Assembly: GCF_963921235.1 (NCBI RefSeq)
Contig: NC_086108.1
Location: forward strand, 82,276,001 to 82,340,000
Length of the DNA stretch: 64,000 nucleotides
Source: Mobula hypostoma
Taxonomy: Eukaryota
Reading direction: 5' to 3'
Positions within the stretch are counted from its first letter, which is position 1. Each line of letters begins with the position of its first letter. The notes beneath the pieces are model-generated. The model was not told the DNA's origin. It did no database searches and worked only from the letters and a program-made list of their open reading frames with translations. Position numbers and translations under genes: made by a program. This document shows positions 12,238 through 25,505 of the stretch, piece by piece.

Positions 12238-13472
12238 CAGGGGTCCCCAACCTTTTTTGTACTGCGGACCGGTTTATTATTGACAATATTCTTGTGGACC
12301 GGCCGACCTGGGGGTGGGGGGGTAGGGGTGGCCAGCAGACAAGAGTAGCAGTCAAATATGTCGTGTTTATCCGGAAAGACTACCATGACCATGAAGCTTT
12401 TTGCGGGCACCTGTGTGCGCATGTGTGACTTGTGCATGCGTGTACGTGCCGATTTGTTTTTTTCTACAAATCATTTTTGACGATTCTGTTTTGGGGGGGG
12501 TGCGGGGGAGGTATTAATCACAACCGGAATTTAGGTGATAAGTGGCTAATACACTCAATTTCATTTCTGAAAGGGTTTATCTAACAAATTTAATATTAAA
12601 CACAGCGCATATTTTCCTCACATGAATATAGTGATGTCAATTATCAGGGGAGGACAGAGGAGCTTGAAGTAAGTGTTGAACGAACTTCCAGTAGAAGTGG
12701 GAGAGTCGGGTTCGATATTATCGCTTAAAGAAGAATTGGATAGGTATATGGACAGGAAAGGAATGGAGGGTTATGGGCTGAGTGCAGGTAGGTGGGACTA
12801 GGTGAGAGTAGTGTTTGGCACGGACTAGAAGGGCAGAGATGGCCTGTTTCCATGCTGTAATTGTTATATGGTTATATAAGTCACTTATAAGGCAACAGCA
12901 TCATAACATTTTAAGTAACATTTGGATATTAAACACACAGCACATATCTTCCCCGTATGAACATATAAAATCATTGCAACACACCAATATCACTGAATCA
13001 GTGGGAGCCCTGGGCTTGTTTCCCTGCAACAAGACGGTGCTATCGAAGGGTGATGGGAGACAGCGATACTCGAAGGGGCTTCCTTATGTCCAGTCTATTC
13101 TGCAATTTAGTTTTCGTTGCATTCATTGCAGAGATATGTTGGAAATGGAAGCAACGTTTTCAGTGCTTTCGTGGCTATCTCAGGATATTTAGCCTTGACT
13201 TTGATCCAGAATGCCGGCAGAGATGTTATGTCAAACATGTATTTCAGCCCGCCGTCATTTGCAAGCTCGAGGTGTTGATCTCCTTCCCGCGCTGACATGG
13301 ACGACGCGCAGGTAATGACCTCGCGTGCGTTCAAGCTCAACAGTGGGCGTGACAGGGAATGAGGAAAGGTGCAGCTGACTCATATCGCCAAATCATATCG
13401 TTTCCTTGCAGCCCGGTAGCACATGCTTTGCGGCCCAGTATCGGTCCGTGGCCCGGTGGTTGGGGACTGCTG
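12238..13472 (-). mobile_element. hAT (Charlie/Buster-like) non-autonomous DNA transposon
   Basis: TIRs CAGGGGTCCCCAACC / GGTTGGGGACTGCTG; imperfect 8-bp TSD agctagca/agctaggg; dimerisation-domain remnant FWIKVKAKYPEIATKALKTLLPFPTYLC. Confidence 0.9.
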
Positions 13473-13769
13473 AGCTAGGGTGACAGTACAATGTCTGTAC
13501 ACTGTATCTTGTCAGTACACTATTTTAACCCTTGACTTGCTGCATCTTCCACATGTATGAAACTTGCTGATGTATGACCATTCCAGCTTGAAAATGAAAT
13601 TTAGAAGTGACGCACTAGGCAGACATTTCATGGAACAAGCATTTAAAGGCACAGTATTTGCCTGTGACATATAAAGGGACCTTTCGTATTCTTGCTCTCA
13701 GTGGTGCCATTTATTTCTCTGTGACCTTTTCAAATATACCCTGCCCCACATCCACCTGTCATCCATCTA

Positions 13770-13900
13770 AACTAATTTCGAGTTATCAATTAACCTGCAG
13801 CACTTGGGGGAAACCCACATGGTCAGTGGGAGTACATGCAAACTGCACATGGACAGTATGTAAGTTCAGAATTGAACCAGGGTGGCTGGAAAAATGCACC
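13770..13900 (-). mobile_element. Decayed V-SINE/HE1-like SINE
   Basis: gaaacccacatggtca...gagtacatgcaaactgcaca (V-domain-like) next to a B-box-like gaattgaacc. Confidence 0.6.
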
Positions 13901-14566
13901 AGCATCGCCTGATGGAACAGTATCTGTACATTATAACACATCAATAGATCCATAATGTGAGGGGACTCATTCCTCTGGGCAAAGTGACCAACTTATTGAA
14001 CCACATATAAGAAAAGAGAAGCTAATTTTAATTCTAACTGATTGTATGGTGCCATTATCAAGCCAAAAGTTGGACAGAGAAGCTTGAATTCATGTTAAAT
14101 GAATTATGTAAGAAGAGCGTATTTTTAGATGCACTTGTTAGTGCTGTTCCTATCAACTTTTTCTGTGCTACCTCATAATCTATGCCAGCTGTTAGTCCGC
14201 CTTATGATTAGCCTATAAATAAGGACAAAGTTGCATTTACAAATGAACAATATTTATTCTAGAAGTTGATTGCAATGTAAAAATAAGGAAAAATTCTGCA
14301 TTAAGATAACTACTAATGAATCAACATTTTACAATGGACTATGAAATCAAAGGTGGGAGGGAGGAAGGAACAGATATGATATCAAATTTCCTAGTTTCAG
14401 CTGTCATTAAATAATTCACCCTGTTTAACAACAGTCAGGTGTAAATCCCAGATGAATGGCTGGCAGTTTATAATGTGTGCATTCTTAAGTTCTAAAGCTG
14501 ACACGAGGGGACTTAACCTCAAATGAAACCAAAGTATTTGTGTGTGCCTGTATTGGTTTTGGTTTG

Positions 14567-15150
14567 GAATTAGTTTATTATTATTGTCACATGTACTGAG
14601 GTACAGCAGAAAAAAGTTGCCTTGCATAATGTTCTTACAGATTAGATAAAGCGTAACTGCTACAGCAAAGTGCAGTGCAGGTAAACAGTAAGATGTAAGA
14701 CCAAAATAGAGTAGCATTATGAAGTTAAGAGTCCCATGTATTGTGTCAGGGAACTATTTAATAGCTTTATAACAGTGGGATAGAAGCTGTCCTTGAACCT
14801 GATGGTATGTGCTTTCAGGCTTCTGTATCTTCTGTCCGTTGGAAGAGGGGAGATTAGAGAAAGTCAAGGATGGGGCGGGGGGGGGGGTCTTTGATTTTGC
14901 TGGCTGTTTCACCAATGCAGTGATAAGTATAGACAGAGTACATAGAGGGTAGGCTGGTTTGCTGTAATGTGCTGAGCTGTGTCCACAACTGTCTTCAGTT
15001 TCTTGTGGGCATGTGCAGAGCAGTTCCCATATCAAGTTGCTGACATCCAGATAGGATGCTTTTAGGGTACATCGATGAAAATTGGTAAGGGTCAATGGAG
15101 ACATTTCAAATTTCTTTAACCCCCTGAGGAAATAGAGAAGATCATGGGAT
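14567..15150 (-). mobile_element. Rex1/Babar 3' fragment
   Basis: Reverse-complement similarity to the 3' end of the 545-2493 element. Confidence 0.75.
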
Positions 15151-15230
15151 TTTTAGGCTGTTGAAAGTAATATCAATGAATATTCATACAAATTAAATTT
15201 GAGATATTTGTTTTGTTTTATTTCTTTCAG

Positions 15231-15361
15231 TACTTCTCTCAGTTGTGCTCCTGGTTCACATGGTATTGTAGTACCCGAACTATTACCAACAGCATGGAAG
15301 CTGTTCTAACCAGCTTTATACTTTATTACTACCCTCTTCAGGGAACAAAGACTGGAAGCAG
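15231..15361 (+). CDS. PIGB: PIGB coding exon 5
   Basis: tttcag acceptor; [43 protein letters not shown]; gtcagg donor; 131 nt. Confidence 0.95.
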
Positions 15362-15984
15362 GTCAGGAAAATGTTTGATTATTCTAAACCTTTTAAAAAT
15401 GCCATTGTGTAACTTAGCACATTATGTTGATGTGACAAAATGAAAGATTTGTACTTTGAACTTCCCAGAGAGTATCCTGCTTGTAGCTTTACTCTTGGCC
15501 AAGTTCACTTCCTAACTTCCTTTTTAAATAGAAGGATGTTATTGCTCAAAGCCATTGAAAACATCACATGGAGTTTCAGTCCTCAAAAAAGCATGTTTTG
15601 TGCACAGGAATGTGAGAAATTTATAAAGGTTATGGAAAGAAAGGAATGTAGCCTGGACAATTTAGGCAGTCCCATTCCACCCTGTTTCCATCTTTTTCTC
15701 CCCAGGCAGAAACATGTAGTTACTTTCTGTGCAGTAAGTAAAAGCTGCAGATCTGGTGTTGAATTTGGCTCCGTATAAAAGAGTATCACTAGCAAAGTAG
15801 GTTGTTCTATGTAGAAAAATACTTAATTTATCATTTTTGAATCAGAGATGATGGCATTGAGATATTTTAATGCATTCATTTATGTTCCCAATGCAGCTGC
15901 CACTTACTCATTAAGTCCTTGAACCCAGAAGCCAGTGGTTCTGGAAGTTGCATTTAAGACAGAGTAGGGAAGGATTTATAGACA

Positions 15985-16655
15985 TAAGAGACTACAGATA
16001 GTGGAATCCAGAGCAAAAGGCAACTACTGGACAGGCTCAGTGCATTAAGCAGTAAATGTGGAGGGAAGTGGACTGTTGACATGAATCTGAAAAGCTGGTG
16101 GTCATGTCCAAGCAGACTGTGTAGGATGAACCAGGAACAGGGATGGATGGAGTGAAAGGGTGACTAACCAAGAAATACAAAACAGTAATTGGCTGCTAGA
16201 TGAACCAGGGAAAAGAGGATGTTGGAGGTGGACTGGGCAGTGTGAAGACGTGCAACGCACTGGGTAGGGGGACATGAACAAGCTGAGAAGGCAGAGAGAA
16301 CCATGCGAGGCACAGGGGTAAAGAGAATGGCAGAGGCAGCAGGATGATCTGCAGTCGATCTGGCAAACTGAGCCTGAACCTAGTGGGTTGAATGGAGCCT
16401 AACTGGACCTGACAGGGAGATGTCCTAGTGGACCACGTAGGGTGAGTCAGGAGTAGGTTAGATAATGAAGGGACAAATGATCAAGCAATGCACAGTCGTA
16501 ATCAGCCGCAGGGTGAACCATAGATGATTGGTGGTGGATGGCAGAATATGGGGGGTGGGGGGTGGGAATGAGGAGGGTGATGCAGAAAGGATGTGGGTAA
16601 ATGGTACAGGGATGGTATGACTCTGACATTTTGGGTTGAGACTCTTAGAGCAGGT
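15985..16655 (-). repeat. Old Penelope-type terminal fragment
   Basis: Begins gagactacagatagtggaatccagagcaa like other copies; purine-rich body. Confidence 0.4.
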
Positions 16656-17249
16656 GAAATTAAAGACTTAGATTTGTTTTTACATCTAGATAAGGATTTA
16701 ATTTTCTTTCTTGAAATGTGAAGTGAGCCAGTTGATTTTTTGCACTCTCTGCAGTTTCATGGTTACCATTACTTACACCAGCTCTTTAAATCTAGATTTA
16801 CTGACTACATGAATTTCAGTTCCTCAGCTGCCAATGGTATCCTTTAAATTTATGTACACAAATCAGAGAATATTAGGCAAGTAACTTAATGAACTACCCC
16901 ACCTCTAAACGGAGTTTACTCTGATAATTCTCTCCTGAAAAGAATAACTTTACTGACAATTTTTGTTGTATTTTGATCCATGCATTTCTTTTGAAACTGC
17001 ACAATATGTAGCAAAGCTACATATTATTGTTGTTGTATTCGTGTGAGCAGAACTTCTGACTGTTATGTCTTTGGGATAAGAGATTAACATTATTTGTATT
17101 TTCCTGAAAAGAAGTTTATTATTGACTTGTTATTTGATAATGCCGGTGGGGATTTCCTGACAGTTTTTAGTCTTTTCTATAAAAATCTGTACATGCATAA
17201 CGATTGGAAAATGGAAGAAGTAAAAAGGAGAAACATTAATATAGTCTGT

Positions 17250-17610
17250 AATCAGAATCAGGTTTAATATCACTGGCATATGTCATGAAATTTGTTATTT
17301 TGCGGCCGCATTACATTGCCATAAAAACTGTAAATAACGATAAGTATATATAAAAAAGAAAATAAAATAAGTAGTGCAAAAAGAGAGGGAAAAATACTGA
17401 GGTATTGTCCATTCAGAAATCTGATGGCAGAGGGGTAGAAGCTGTTATTCACAGTTATTTTGTAAACAACACTATTCTTTGCATTTCTGGTCAGATGCTA
17501 AATGCGTTTCATTGGCTTTGTATCTGTACTCGGCACAATGACAATAAAGTTGAATCTGATCTAATCTAAAAACATTGAGTGTGTGTCTTCAGGCTCCTGT
17601 ACCTCCTCAT
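17250..17610 (-). mobile_element. Rex1/Babar 3' tails (nested)
   Basis: aatcagaatcaggttta tail and NSFYPSAIRFLNG on the minus strand. Confidence 0.75.
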
Positions 17611-17811
17611 TTCTGCCCATCTGTAGCGACTAATGTAAATAGGAAGGCAGTGGGAAATTAGGGAAATAAAATGACAAGATTATGTGGAAGTGGAAACCAT
17701 GGAATGAGGACAGGACAGGACCTGTAGAAATTATCACTTTAATATGGAAGTAACATCTGTTGGAAAGGATGGGATAAGGTTAATATAGTACTTTTTATAG
17801 TTATGGGGGCA

Positions 17812-18102
17812 ACTGTGAAGCATAGTGGAAGGAGCATAATGATTTGGGGCTGCTTTGCTGTCTCAGGTTCTGGACAGCTGGCAATCGTTGAGGAAACAAT
17901 GAATTCAAAATTGTATTAAGACATTTTACAGGAGAATGTCAGGGTAGTGGTCCGTCACCTGAAGCTTAGTTGGATGATGCAATAAGACAATGATCTGAAA
18001 CGCAAAAGTAAATCAGCATAAGAATAGTTTAAAAGGAAGAAAATTCGTGTTATGGAATGGCCAAATCAGAGTCCGGATGCAAACCCAGTTGAGTTGCTGT
18101 GG
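17812..18102 (+). mobile_element. Tc1 transposase catalytic-domain remnant
   Basis: TVKHSGRSIMIWGCF...Q*DNDLK...[15 protein letters not shown], the DD34E region, with stops. Confidence 0.88.
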
Positions 18103-18127
18103 CTGATTGCGTATGTTCTATTCACAG

Positions 18128-18268
18128 TTCAAAATATCTCGCTTTGACTGCATTTGCATTTACTGTGCGTCCCACTGCTATTATTCTTTGGCTGCCGCTG
18201 GTATTTACTCATTTCTGGCAAGAAATGAAGAAACTGGATCTTCTCTTACACAAATGTCTACCAGTTGG
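18128..18268 (+). CDS. PIGB: PIGB coding exon 6
   Basis: ttcacag acceptor; [46 protein letters not shown]; gtaagt donor; 141 nt. Confidence 0.95.
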
Positions 18269-19619
18269 GTAAGTAAAGAGTGTGCTTCATATCTGCCTGG
18301 ACAATTTCAGGCACATCCATTTAAAGAGCCAATGCTTTAATTTTTGCTTTTAAATATTATAGAACAACTAAATTATTTGACTGCTGAGACTGTATATGTT
18401 CATTCATAAAAAGATAAATGTTTTTATTCTGGAACAGAAAAATGCAAAAATTAAAACTATGTCATTGATAAACTATTACAGTAAATTCTTAAATCAACAG
18501 AAGCTTGGCACCAATTTAAGGATTATCTGGAAAGTTGTGACTTGTCCCCAGTAAAACCCATTGTGACACACCAATTGTTTGCCTGTCTCATTTCCACACT
18601 AACTTGGTATAACTTGGAAAAACAGAATAACTTTTCATTGTGTTGATAGAAAGTTTCTTTTTTCTTATTTATTGGAAATGGGTGGCACAGGCTATAATTT
18701 GTTGCCCAGTACCAATTATCCTTGAAGGTGGTGAGCCACCTGCTGGACTGCTGAATTCTTTCTGGTGCTCCTGTGGTGTTGCTGGATAAAAAGTGTCAGT
18801 GATAATGGAGGAAGAAAGGACTTTTGACAATAACTTCCCAAGCAACTCTTCACTATTTCAGATTGTGTCTTTTTCACAGTTGTGTGGGAGAATATTACCC
18901 TCAGCTTGAATACTTGGGGACTTGATTCCATATAATCATGACTCGTATGAGGATTTAATTGTTGGTTTCATGGAAATTATTCACTCCACTGACATTTTTT
19001 TGGCTTCATCCCTCACCACCTATGTGGTTTATCCAAATTACACTTGGCTAGAGTTGTGCCCAGCTGTGCATTAGGCTCATCCTAAGAGCTCTTATAATCT
19101 CAGAAATCATTAGAAATAGAGCTTGACCTGGACATGTCTGTTGTTTTACACACACAGAACAGAAAATTCTCAACACAGGTCTAAGGTCTTTCATCCTCCT
19201 GGTCATGAGTCTGGAAGGCTGGTTACCTGGGGTAGAAAATTGCATTTCACCAGCGGTAACAGAAATAGTAATAGCACTTCAGATTGTTCTGTGGAGTTTT
19301 CTCACTTTTAAACATCTTGAGAAAGGAATGGGTCCAATAAAACGAAAACATGTTATTACACATTATATTGGTGGACACCTGTCACCAATCATCCGGAAAT
19401 ATTATTCTGCAAGTATCTCAGCAACTGGTTAGAATGAGCTAACATAACATGTTCTGTTAATGGCATCACATCTGGGTTGTGAATTTGTAGGGTAGAAATG
19501 TATGCCTTGCTTTGGGTTGATGTGTCCATTAGTTTTAAGAATAGTGTAATGAATGTTTCCCTTCCCCTACCCCGGAATGTGATTTTTTTTTTCCCATTGT
19601 AAATGTGTTCATTTTGCAG

Positions 19620-19671
19620 ATGCTTATCACTTGGGATTTCACTGATCATTGACCGAATATTTTATGGTGAG
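19620..19671 (+). CDS. PIGB: PIGB coding exon 7
   Basis: ttttgcag acceptor; CLSLGISLIIDRIFYGE; gtgggc donor; 52 nt, phases fit both neighbours. Confidence 0.92.
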
Positions 19672-20267
19672 GTGGGCATTTTTCATGGTTTTGAAAGATC
19701 AATCAGAGTTCTTGTTTTGTATTTGAATACAGAGTAATCAACCAATCATAAATTTATTTGCCTGGCTTCCTTTGAAAATAAAATTATTGCATTGCAATCT
19801 ATTGGTTTTGCATACCTACATTTAGTGTTTTTGTTATCTTCAGGTGTATGTTATTCTTGCATTTCTTGAAATATTACAGTGTTAAGTCCTAAGATTTAAC
19901 CAACCTAAAGAAATATGTGTTTCTTTAATCCTGCCAGGAGTACTTTTAATCTGTCTGAATACACTGGCTAATTATAGAAAGGATTATTGTCCATTTGTGT
20001 CACTAATTTATAAATTCCAGCTATATTCACTTAAGTCTTTAAAACAGAGCTCTGCACCATTCCATAGATTTTATAAATCTTAAAAGGTGTGAATTCAGCT
20101 TCTTGGATTCAGAAACTACTGAGGCATTCCAATAATTGAATAGAAAATACACTATGGCAGGCTTCATAGGACATTTGCTGATAGCTATCATCCTGTTCCA
20201 TTTATAAGCATGCAATAGCAATTAATTCTTTTCTCTCTTTGATGTTTTTCCCCCACCCTCATTTCAG

Positions 20268-20479
20268 TGGGTAATGGTTCAGTGGAATTTTCTCAGATTC
20301 AATGTGATTGAGAACATGGGGTCATTCTATGGCTCCCATCCCTGGTACTGGTACTTCACTCAAGGATTTCCTGTTATCATGGGAACACATTTGCCATTCT
20401 TCATCCATGGATGTCTTTTGGCACCCAAGAGGAACAGAATTTTACTACTGGCAGTTCTTTGGACAATTATTGTATACAG
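20268..20479 (+). CDS. PIGB: PIGB coding exon 8
   Basis: tttcag acceptor; [70 protein letters not shown]; gtgtgt donor; 212 nt. Confidence 0.96.
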
Positions 20480-20486
20480 GTGTGTA

Positions 20487-23400
20487 CCAATATATAACCA
20501 TATAACAATTACAGCACGGAAAAAGGCCATCTCGGCCCTTCTAGACCGTGCCCAAGGCTTACTCTCACCTAGTCCCATCGACCTGCACTCAGCCCATAAT
20601 CCTCCATTCCTTTCCTGTCCATATACCTATCCAATTTTTCTTTAAATGACAATATCGAACCTGCCTCTACCACTTCTACTGGAAGCTCATTCCACACAGC
20701 CACCACTCTCTGAGTAAAGAAGTTAGTCATACTTTATTGATCCCGGGGGAAATTGGTTAAGTTCCCCCTCATGTTACCCCTAAGCTTTTGCCCCCTAACT
20801 CTCAACTCATGTCCTCTTGTTTGAATCTCCCCTACTCTCAATGGAAAAAGCCTATCCATGTCAACTCTATCTATCCCCCTCATAATTTTAAATTGCTCTA
20901 TCAAGTCCCCCCCTCAACCTTCTGTGCTCCAAAGAATAAAGACCTAACTTGTTCAGCCTTTCTCTGTAACTAAGGTGTTGAAACCCAGGTAACATTCTAG
21001 TAAATCTTCTCTGTATTCTCTCTATTTTGTTGACACCTTTCCTATAATTCGATGACAGAACTGTACACAATATTCCAAATTTGGCCTTACCAATGCCTTG
21101 TACAATTTTAACATTACATCCCAACTCCTATACTCAGTGCTCTGATTTATAAAGGCCAGCATACCAAAAGCATTCTTCATCACCCTATCCACATGAGATT
21201 CCACCTTCAGGGAACTATGCACCCTTATTCCTAGATCACTCTGTTCTACTTGATTCTTCAATGCCCTACCATTTACCATGTATGTCCTATTTTTGATTAG
21301 TCCTACCAAAATGTAGCACCTCACACTTATCAGCATTAAACTCCATCTGCCATCTTTCAGCCCACTCTTCTAACTGGCCCAAATCTCTTTGCAAGCTCCC
21401 TGCTTCATTATCCACAACGCCACCTATCTTAGTATCATCTTCATACTTACTAATCCAATTTACCACCCCGTCATCCAGATCATTAATGTATATGACAAAC
21501 AACATTGGACCTGGTACAGATCCCTGAGGCACACCACTAGTCGCTGGCCTCCAACCTGACAAACAGTTATCCACCACTACTCTCTGGCATCTCCCATCCA
21601 GCCACTGTTGAATCCATTTTACTACTTCAATATTAATACCTAACGAGTGAGCCTTCCTAACTAACCTTCCGTGTGGAACCTTGTCAAAGACCTTACTGAA
21701 GTCCATATAGACAACATCCACTTCTTTACCCTCGTCAACTTTCCTAGTAACCTCTTCAAAAAATTCAATAGGATTTGTCAAACGTGACCTTCCACTCACA
21801 AATCCATGTTGACTGTTCATAATCAGATCATGTCTATCCAGATAATTATATATACCATCTCTAAGAATACTTTCCATTAATTTACCCACGACTGACGTCA
21901 AACTCACAGGGCAGTAATTGCTAGGTTTACTTTTAGAACCCTTTTTAAACAATGGAACAACATGAGCAATTCACAATCCTCTGGCACCATTCCCGTTTCT
22001 AATGATATTTGAAATATTTCTGTCAGAGCCCCTGCTATGTCTACAGTAACTTCCCTCAAGGTGCTAGGGAATATCCTGTCAGGACCCGGAGACTTATCCA
22101 CTTTTGTATTCCTTAAAAGCACCAATACTTCCTCTTCTTTAATCATCATAGTTTCTATAACTTCCCTACTTGTTTCCCTTACCTTACACAATTCAATATC
22201 CTTCTCCTTAGTAAATACTGAAAAAAAAGAAATTGTTTAAAATCTCCCCTATCTCTTTTGGCTCCACACGTAGCTGTCCACTCTGATTCTTTAAGGGACC
22301 AATTTTTGTCCCTCACTATCTTTTTGCTATTAATATAACTGTAGAAACACTTTGGACTTATTTTCACCTCACTTGCCAAAACAACCTCGTATCTTCTTTT
22401 AGCTTTTCTAATTTCTTTCTTAAGATTCTTTTACATTCTTTATATTCCTCAAGCACCTCACTTACTCCATGCTGCCTATATTTATTGTAGATATCTCTGT
22501 TTTTCTGAACCAAGTTTCCAATATCCCTTGAAAACCATAGCTCTCTCAAACTTTTAACCTTTCCTTTCAACCTAACAGGAACATAAAGATTCTGTACCAT
22601 CAAAATTTCATCTTTAAATGACCTCCATTTCTCTATTACACCCTTCCCATAAAACAAACTGTCCCAATCCACTCCTTCTAAATCTTTCGCATCTCCTCAA
22701 AGTTAGCCTTTCTCCAATGAAAAATCTCAACCCCAGGTCCAGGCCTATCCTTCTCCATAATTATATTGAAACTAATGGCATTTTGATCACCGGACCCGAA
22801 GTGCTCCCCACCACATACCTCCGTCACCTGACCTATCTCGTTCCCTAACAGGAGATCCAACACTGCCCCTTCTCTGGTTGGTACCTCTATGTACTGCTGC
22901 AAAAAACTACCCTGCACACATTTTACAAACTCCAAACCAACCAGCCCTTTTACAGTATGGGCTTCCCAGTCTATGTGTGGAAAATTAAAATCTCCCACAA
23001 TCACAACCTTATGCTTACTACAAATATCTGCTATCTCCTTACAAATTTGCTCCTCCAATTCTCGCTCTCCATTAGGTGGGCTATAATACACCCCTTTAAA
23101 TGTTACTACACCTTTCCCATTCTTCAATTCCACCCAAATAGCCTCCCTAGATGAGCCCTGTAATCTATCCTGCCAGAGCACCGCTGTTATATTTTCTCTG
23201 ACAAGCAATGCAACACCTCCCCGTCTTGTCCCTCCGATTCTATCACACCTGAAGCAACAAAATCCAGGAATATTTAGTTGCCAATCACGCCCCTCCTGCA
23301 ACCATGTTTCACTAATAGCTACATCATCATATTTCCAGGTATCAATCCATGCTCTAAGCTCATCCACCTTTCTTACATGCTCCTAGCATTAAAATAAATG

Positions 23401-24693
23401 CATTAAAGAAATTCTCCACCTCTGACTCTCTGTTTATCACTAATGGTGCAAACAACTTTACAAGCTTTTTCTTCTCCCCTACATCTGTTCCTATACTCTT
23501 GTTCCCCTCCCCCCTTGTATCTAGTTTTAATCCACTGGAGCCTCTCTAGCAAACCTACTTGCAAGAATATCTGTCCCCCTCCAGTTCAGATGTAAACCGT
23601 CCCGCTGGAACAGTTCCCACCTTCCTTGGAAAACTCTCTAATTTACTAATAATCTGAAGCCCTCCCTCCTGCACCATGTCTTCAGCCACGTGTTGATCTG
23701 CAGTATCTTACTATTTCTAAACCCGCCTGCATGTGGCACTGGTAGCAATCCTGAGAATGCTATCCTGGAGGTCCTGTCCTTTAACTTGTCGCCTAACTCC
23801 CTAAACCCATCTTTCACTCACTCTTCCTACCCATGCCATTGGTCCCTACATGGACCACGACATCTGGCTGCTCACCCTCCCTCTTGAGAATACTGGGAAC
23901 TCGATCCGAGATATCGCAGACCTTGGCACCAGGGAGGCAACAGACCATCCGGGATTCTCGATCTCTTCCACAGAACCTCTTATCTGTCCCCCTAACTATC
24001 GAATCCCCTATCACTACTGCCCTCCTCTTTTCCCTCCTTCCCTTCTGAGCTGAGGGTCTGGTCTCAGTGCCAAAGACGCAGCCACTGCAACTTGTCCTGG
24101 TAGGTCACCCCATCAACAGTACCCAAAATGGTATACTTATTATTGGTAGGAATGGCCACAGGGGTGCTCTGCTCATTCTGTCTATTCCCCTTCCCTCTCC
24201 CGACATTCACCCAGCTACCTGCCTCCTGACTTTTAGGGGTGACTATCTCCCTGTAACTTCTGTTTATTTCTGCCACTGCCTTACGAATGACCCGAAGTTC
24301 ATCCTGCTCCAGCTGCAGTTCCCTAACTTGGTTTGTCAGGAGCTGCAGCTGGATGCACCTTTTACAGGTGTAGTCATCAGGGACAATTGTACTCGCCCTG
24401 ACTTCCCACATCCTGCAAACGGAGCACTCAACTCCCTAACTGCTGCCTCCATTACCTACTCCTAAGTTAATTAGAGTAATTAAAGGAACTTACCCAGCCT
24501 TACCTCATGGGAGCAGGCTCGTCCTCTGCCTCTGCTTGCCGAAGCCTCTCGAGCCAAAGCCTTCCTACTCTGTCTCCCACTACTCCGTCGCCTGCTCTGT
24601 TAATCTGCTCGCTTTTTTAAACTCTCCCGCTGTCTCAAGGGCCGACTTTCACGCGCTTGCGCAGTCGTGCCCCGTTCAGCTGCCGAAGAAATA
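20487..24693 (-). mobile_element. CR1 LINE, essentially full length, decayed
   Basis: ORF1 with CKRC and leucine-repeat region plus IGDSIVRG esterase; ORF2 APE and RT fragments; tail ttatatggttatat; candidate TSD TGTGTA (20481-20486 / 24694-24699). Confidence 0.95.
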
Positions 24694-25309
24694 TGTGTAA
24701 AGAACAGTGGCTATGTGGGATTGAAGACAGGACCAGAATCCCTTATAGGTTTAAAACTTGGGGTTTTTGTGTGTCTATATATATTGAAGTAATGAATTAA
24801 GATCGCACCTTAAAACACACTCTGATCTCTTCAGTGTAATTCTGTAGCCACTTTCATGGGGGGGGGGAATCTAATAAAAGTTTCTTGAACATTAAGAGCA
24901 AGGCAATGTAGTCTCTTTGAGATGTTATTAGAAAATTCAACAAACTTCATTTTTAAAGAATCTTAAAGCTTTAATAATTAAAAATTACAGAATATTGGTC
25001 AGTGCAATATATATGTTGAAGTCAAACTACTATCTTAGTCATGGCTGTGCCAACTACTTAACCCCAACTGCTCACATCAGGTTTTGCTGGAGCAATCCGT
25101 TAATTATATTTGCTAGCTTTGCTGTATGTTCCCATTATTCTGCTTTGATTTTTTTCTTTAGAATAAGTACTTATGTGGAATAATTTCTTGCTTTGGATTT
25201 TAATATAGAAATTTAAAGTGGGAAATAGACTCACTACCACATCTTATTTTTCACATACAAGTCTCCTTTTTTCCCCCAAGGGAAAATGAAGGCTTCTGTT
25301 AATTACAAA

Positions 25310-25505
25310 AGATTCTGTGAATGCTGGAAATCCAAAGTACTACACAAAGTGCTGGAGGAACTGTAAATCAGGCAGCATCTTTGAAAGGCTCTATATAGTT
25401 GATGTTTCTGGCCAAGTCCCTTTATCAGAAGGTCTCAAAATGTTGACTGTTTACTCCCCTCCATTGATGCTGCCTGACTTGCTGCATTCCACCAGCATTT
25501 TGTAT
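25310..25505. repeat. Inverted pair of Penelope-type terminal repeats
   Basis: tgctggaggaa...tcaggcagcatc is mirrored by gatgctgcctga...ttccaccagca. Confidence 0.7.
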
